A stretch of 26,450 nucleotides of DNA from a virus. Lineage: Duplodnaviria; Caudoviricetes. The notes under the pieces were generated by a model, which was not told the origin of the DNA, did not search any database, and saw nothing but the letters and a program-made list of their open reading frames with translations. Positions 25,629 through 26,450 of the stretch are shown one piece after another (within the stretch, counting starts at the first letter, position 1; the number at the start of each line of letters is the position of its first letter). A program made the position numbers and the translations under genes. The stretch is taken from positions 1 to 26,450 of IMG/VR virus record IMGVR_UViG_3300037280_000023, one strand, 5' to 3'.

Positions 25629-25703
25629 TGGCGGTCCTACGGGGTTACGCTCCCCGCCTGCTCGCGTGACAAGCGAGCATCGTCACTAGCTGAACCTAGG
25701 ACC
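25629..25703 (-). tRNA. atypical tRNA-Asp(GTC)
   Basis: Acceptor GGTCCTA/TAGGACC, G73, CCA; anticodon arm CTCGC-TTGTCAC-GCGAG; T stem CGGGG/CCCCG with loop AGCGTAA; weak D stem. Confidence 0.8.
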
Positions 25704-25757
25704 AAACGTCAGGCGCATAAGCCGGTGTTAGCGGCCCGCCATACCTGACTCGTGAAT

Positions 25758-25831
25758 TGGTAGCCCTGCCGGGAGTCGAACCCGACTTGCCTGATCGAGA
25801 GTCAGGCGTCCTGCCAATAGACGACAGGGCC
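25758..25831 (-). tRNA. tRNA-Glu(CTC)
   Basis: GGCCCTG/CAGGGCT, CCTGA-CTCTCGA-TCAGG, TTCGACT loop, ACCA end. Confidence 0.92.
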
Positions 25832-25839
25832 ACAGGATT

Positions 25840-25918
25840 TGGTACTGGAAGCGGGATTTGAACCCGCGATTTCCGACTTGGCAAGCCGGTGCTGTAGGCC
25901 AGGCTGAGCCACTCCAGT
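25840..25918 (-). tRNA. tRNA-Gly(GCC)
   Basis: ACTGGAG/TTCCAGT, CCGGC-TTGCCAA-GTCGG, GCGGG-TTCAAAT-CCCGC, ACCA end. Confidence 0.9.
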
Positions 25919-25957
25919 ATGTAAGCATGCGAGGCCCTCAGGCTTGCTCGCGGCGTT

Positions 25958-26034
25958 TGGTACCCCGTAAGGGACTCGAACCCTTACTCTCTGCTTGGAA
26001 GGCAGATATGCTAGCCGTTGAACATCAACGGGGT
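25958..26034 (-). tRNA. tRNA-Gly(TCC)
   Basis: ACCCCGT/ACGGGGT, TCTGC-CTTCCAA-GCAGA, AAGGG-TTCGAGT-CCCTT, ACCA end. Confidence 0.92.
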
Positions 26035-26193
26035 ATAGGCGGGCTACCTTTTACCGCTGTTCCCGGTGTCACTCCCGATCCCGCTCTTGATAACCTCTCT
26101 AGCAAGGTGGCGGGTGGCGTATGGGCAGCAGGGCTATTGCACTCACCCTGCCGGAACCAACACTGCCGTGTATGGGAGGCCGGACGCCTCATG

Positions 26194-26267
26194 TGGTGCT
26201 CCCAGGAGGATTTGAACCCCCGTAGGCTGTATGTAAAGCAGCCGTCCTACCATTGAACGATAGGAGC
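26194..26267 (-). tRNA. tRNA-Val(TAC)
   Basis: GCTCCTA/TGGGAGC, GCTGC-TTTACAT-ACAGC (C31:A39 mismatch), GGGGG-TTCAAAT-CCTCC, ACCA end. Confidence 0.82.
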
Positions 26268-26268
26268 A

Positions 26269-26344
26269 TGGAGCCTCGCGTGGGCCTCAAACCCACTACC
26301 TCATCCTTACCAAGGACGTGTGCGGTCTGTTACACCTGCAAGGC
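26269..26344 (-). tRNA. atypical tRNA-Thr(GGT)
   Basis: GCCTTGC/GCGAGGC, CGTCC-TTGGTAA-GGATG, GTGGG-TTTGAGG-CCCAC, TCCA end; A8, and the D loop lacks GG. Confidence 0.82.
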
Positions 26345-26370
26345 ATTGGCACGGACTGGATACCGTGCTG

Positions 26371-26450
26371 TGGTGAGCCAGGTGGGACTCGAACCCACAT
26401 CATTGGACGGGTAAGAACCGTCGGGCCTTCCAATTGGCCGTCACTAGCCC
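26371..26450 (-). tRNA. atypical tRNA-Lys(CTT)
   Basis: GGGCTAG/CTGGCTC, GACGG-TTCTTAC-CCGTC, GTGGG-TTCGAGT-CCCAC, ACCA end; 5' end coincides with the window edge. Confidence 0.82.

Noticed and set aside
26060-26095. TTATCAAGAG on the - strand resembling the start of a SAM-I riboswitch
   Set aside because: The downstream kink-turn, GCAACC and P1 3' strand elements are absent, and the context is a tRNA array.
26025-26192. 55-codon - strand ORF (MRRPASHTRQ...) spanning the long tRNA spacer
   Set aside because: Starts 1 nt after a tRNA CCA with no SD and ends inside tRNA-Gly; codon usage unlike the phage genes.
26225-26243. Reading the Val tRNA as an ochre suppressor (TTA anticodon), implying stop-codon recoding
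   Set aside because: Stem register places TAC at 34-36 with U33 and A37; TAA, TAG and TGA all end genes normally in this window.
25486-26256. ORFs 25486..25689, 25524..25748, 25696..25884, 25728..25928 and 25858..26256
   Set aside because: They overlap clear tRNA genes and hairpins; translations are not protein-like.
1-26450. CRISPR array, integrase/att site, introns or inteins in terL, portal, capsid or rtcB
   Set aside because: No regularly spaced repeats, no integrase, and these genes are uninterrupted and of normal length.

Overview
This window is part of a GC-rich (roughly 60% by eye) tailed-phage genome of siphovirus type. The + strand (1-2333) ends an operon of small unknown genes and an RtcB RNA ligase. 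The - strand carries a largely translationally coupled virion operon that converges on it. From right to left it encodes an HNH nuclease, an FmdB-like Zn ribbon, TerS, TerL, a small Zn ribbon, portal, a protease-scaffold fusion, an HK97-fold capsid, a GT4 glycosyltransferase, a very basic protein, an endonuclease VII, neck proteins, tail tube, a tail chaperone with a lambda-type GGGAAAG -1 frameshift, tape measure, a large FN3-repeat Dit-like protein, a hub protein, a collar-type fibre, a holin-like protein and a C39-like peptidase lysin. At the right end is a - strand array of at least 7 CCA-encoding tRNAs. Several are non-canonical: a hidden tRNA-Asp with a rebuilt T-loop, two tRNA-Gly with A1-U72/A73, a tRNA-Thr with A19:U56, and a tRNA-Lys with extra linker bases. 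Together with RtcB they suggest a tRNA replacement and repair counter-defence system (inference). Other points of interest are internal in-frame starts in the lysin and protease genes, a 10-bp direct repeat around the endonuclease VII gene, paired hairpins with complementary loops over the HNH ribosome-binding site, and a glycosyltransferase inside the head module. All family calls come from motif recognition by eye; no database search was run.
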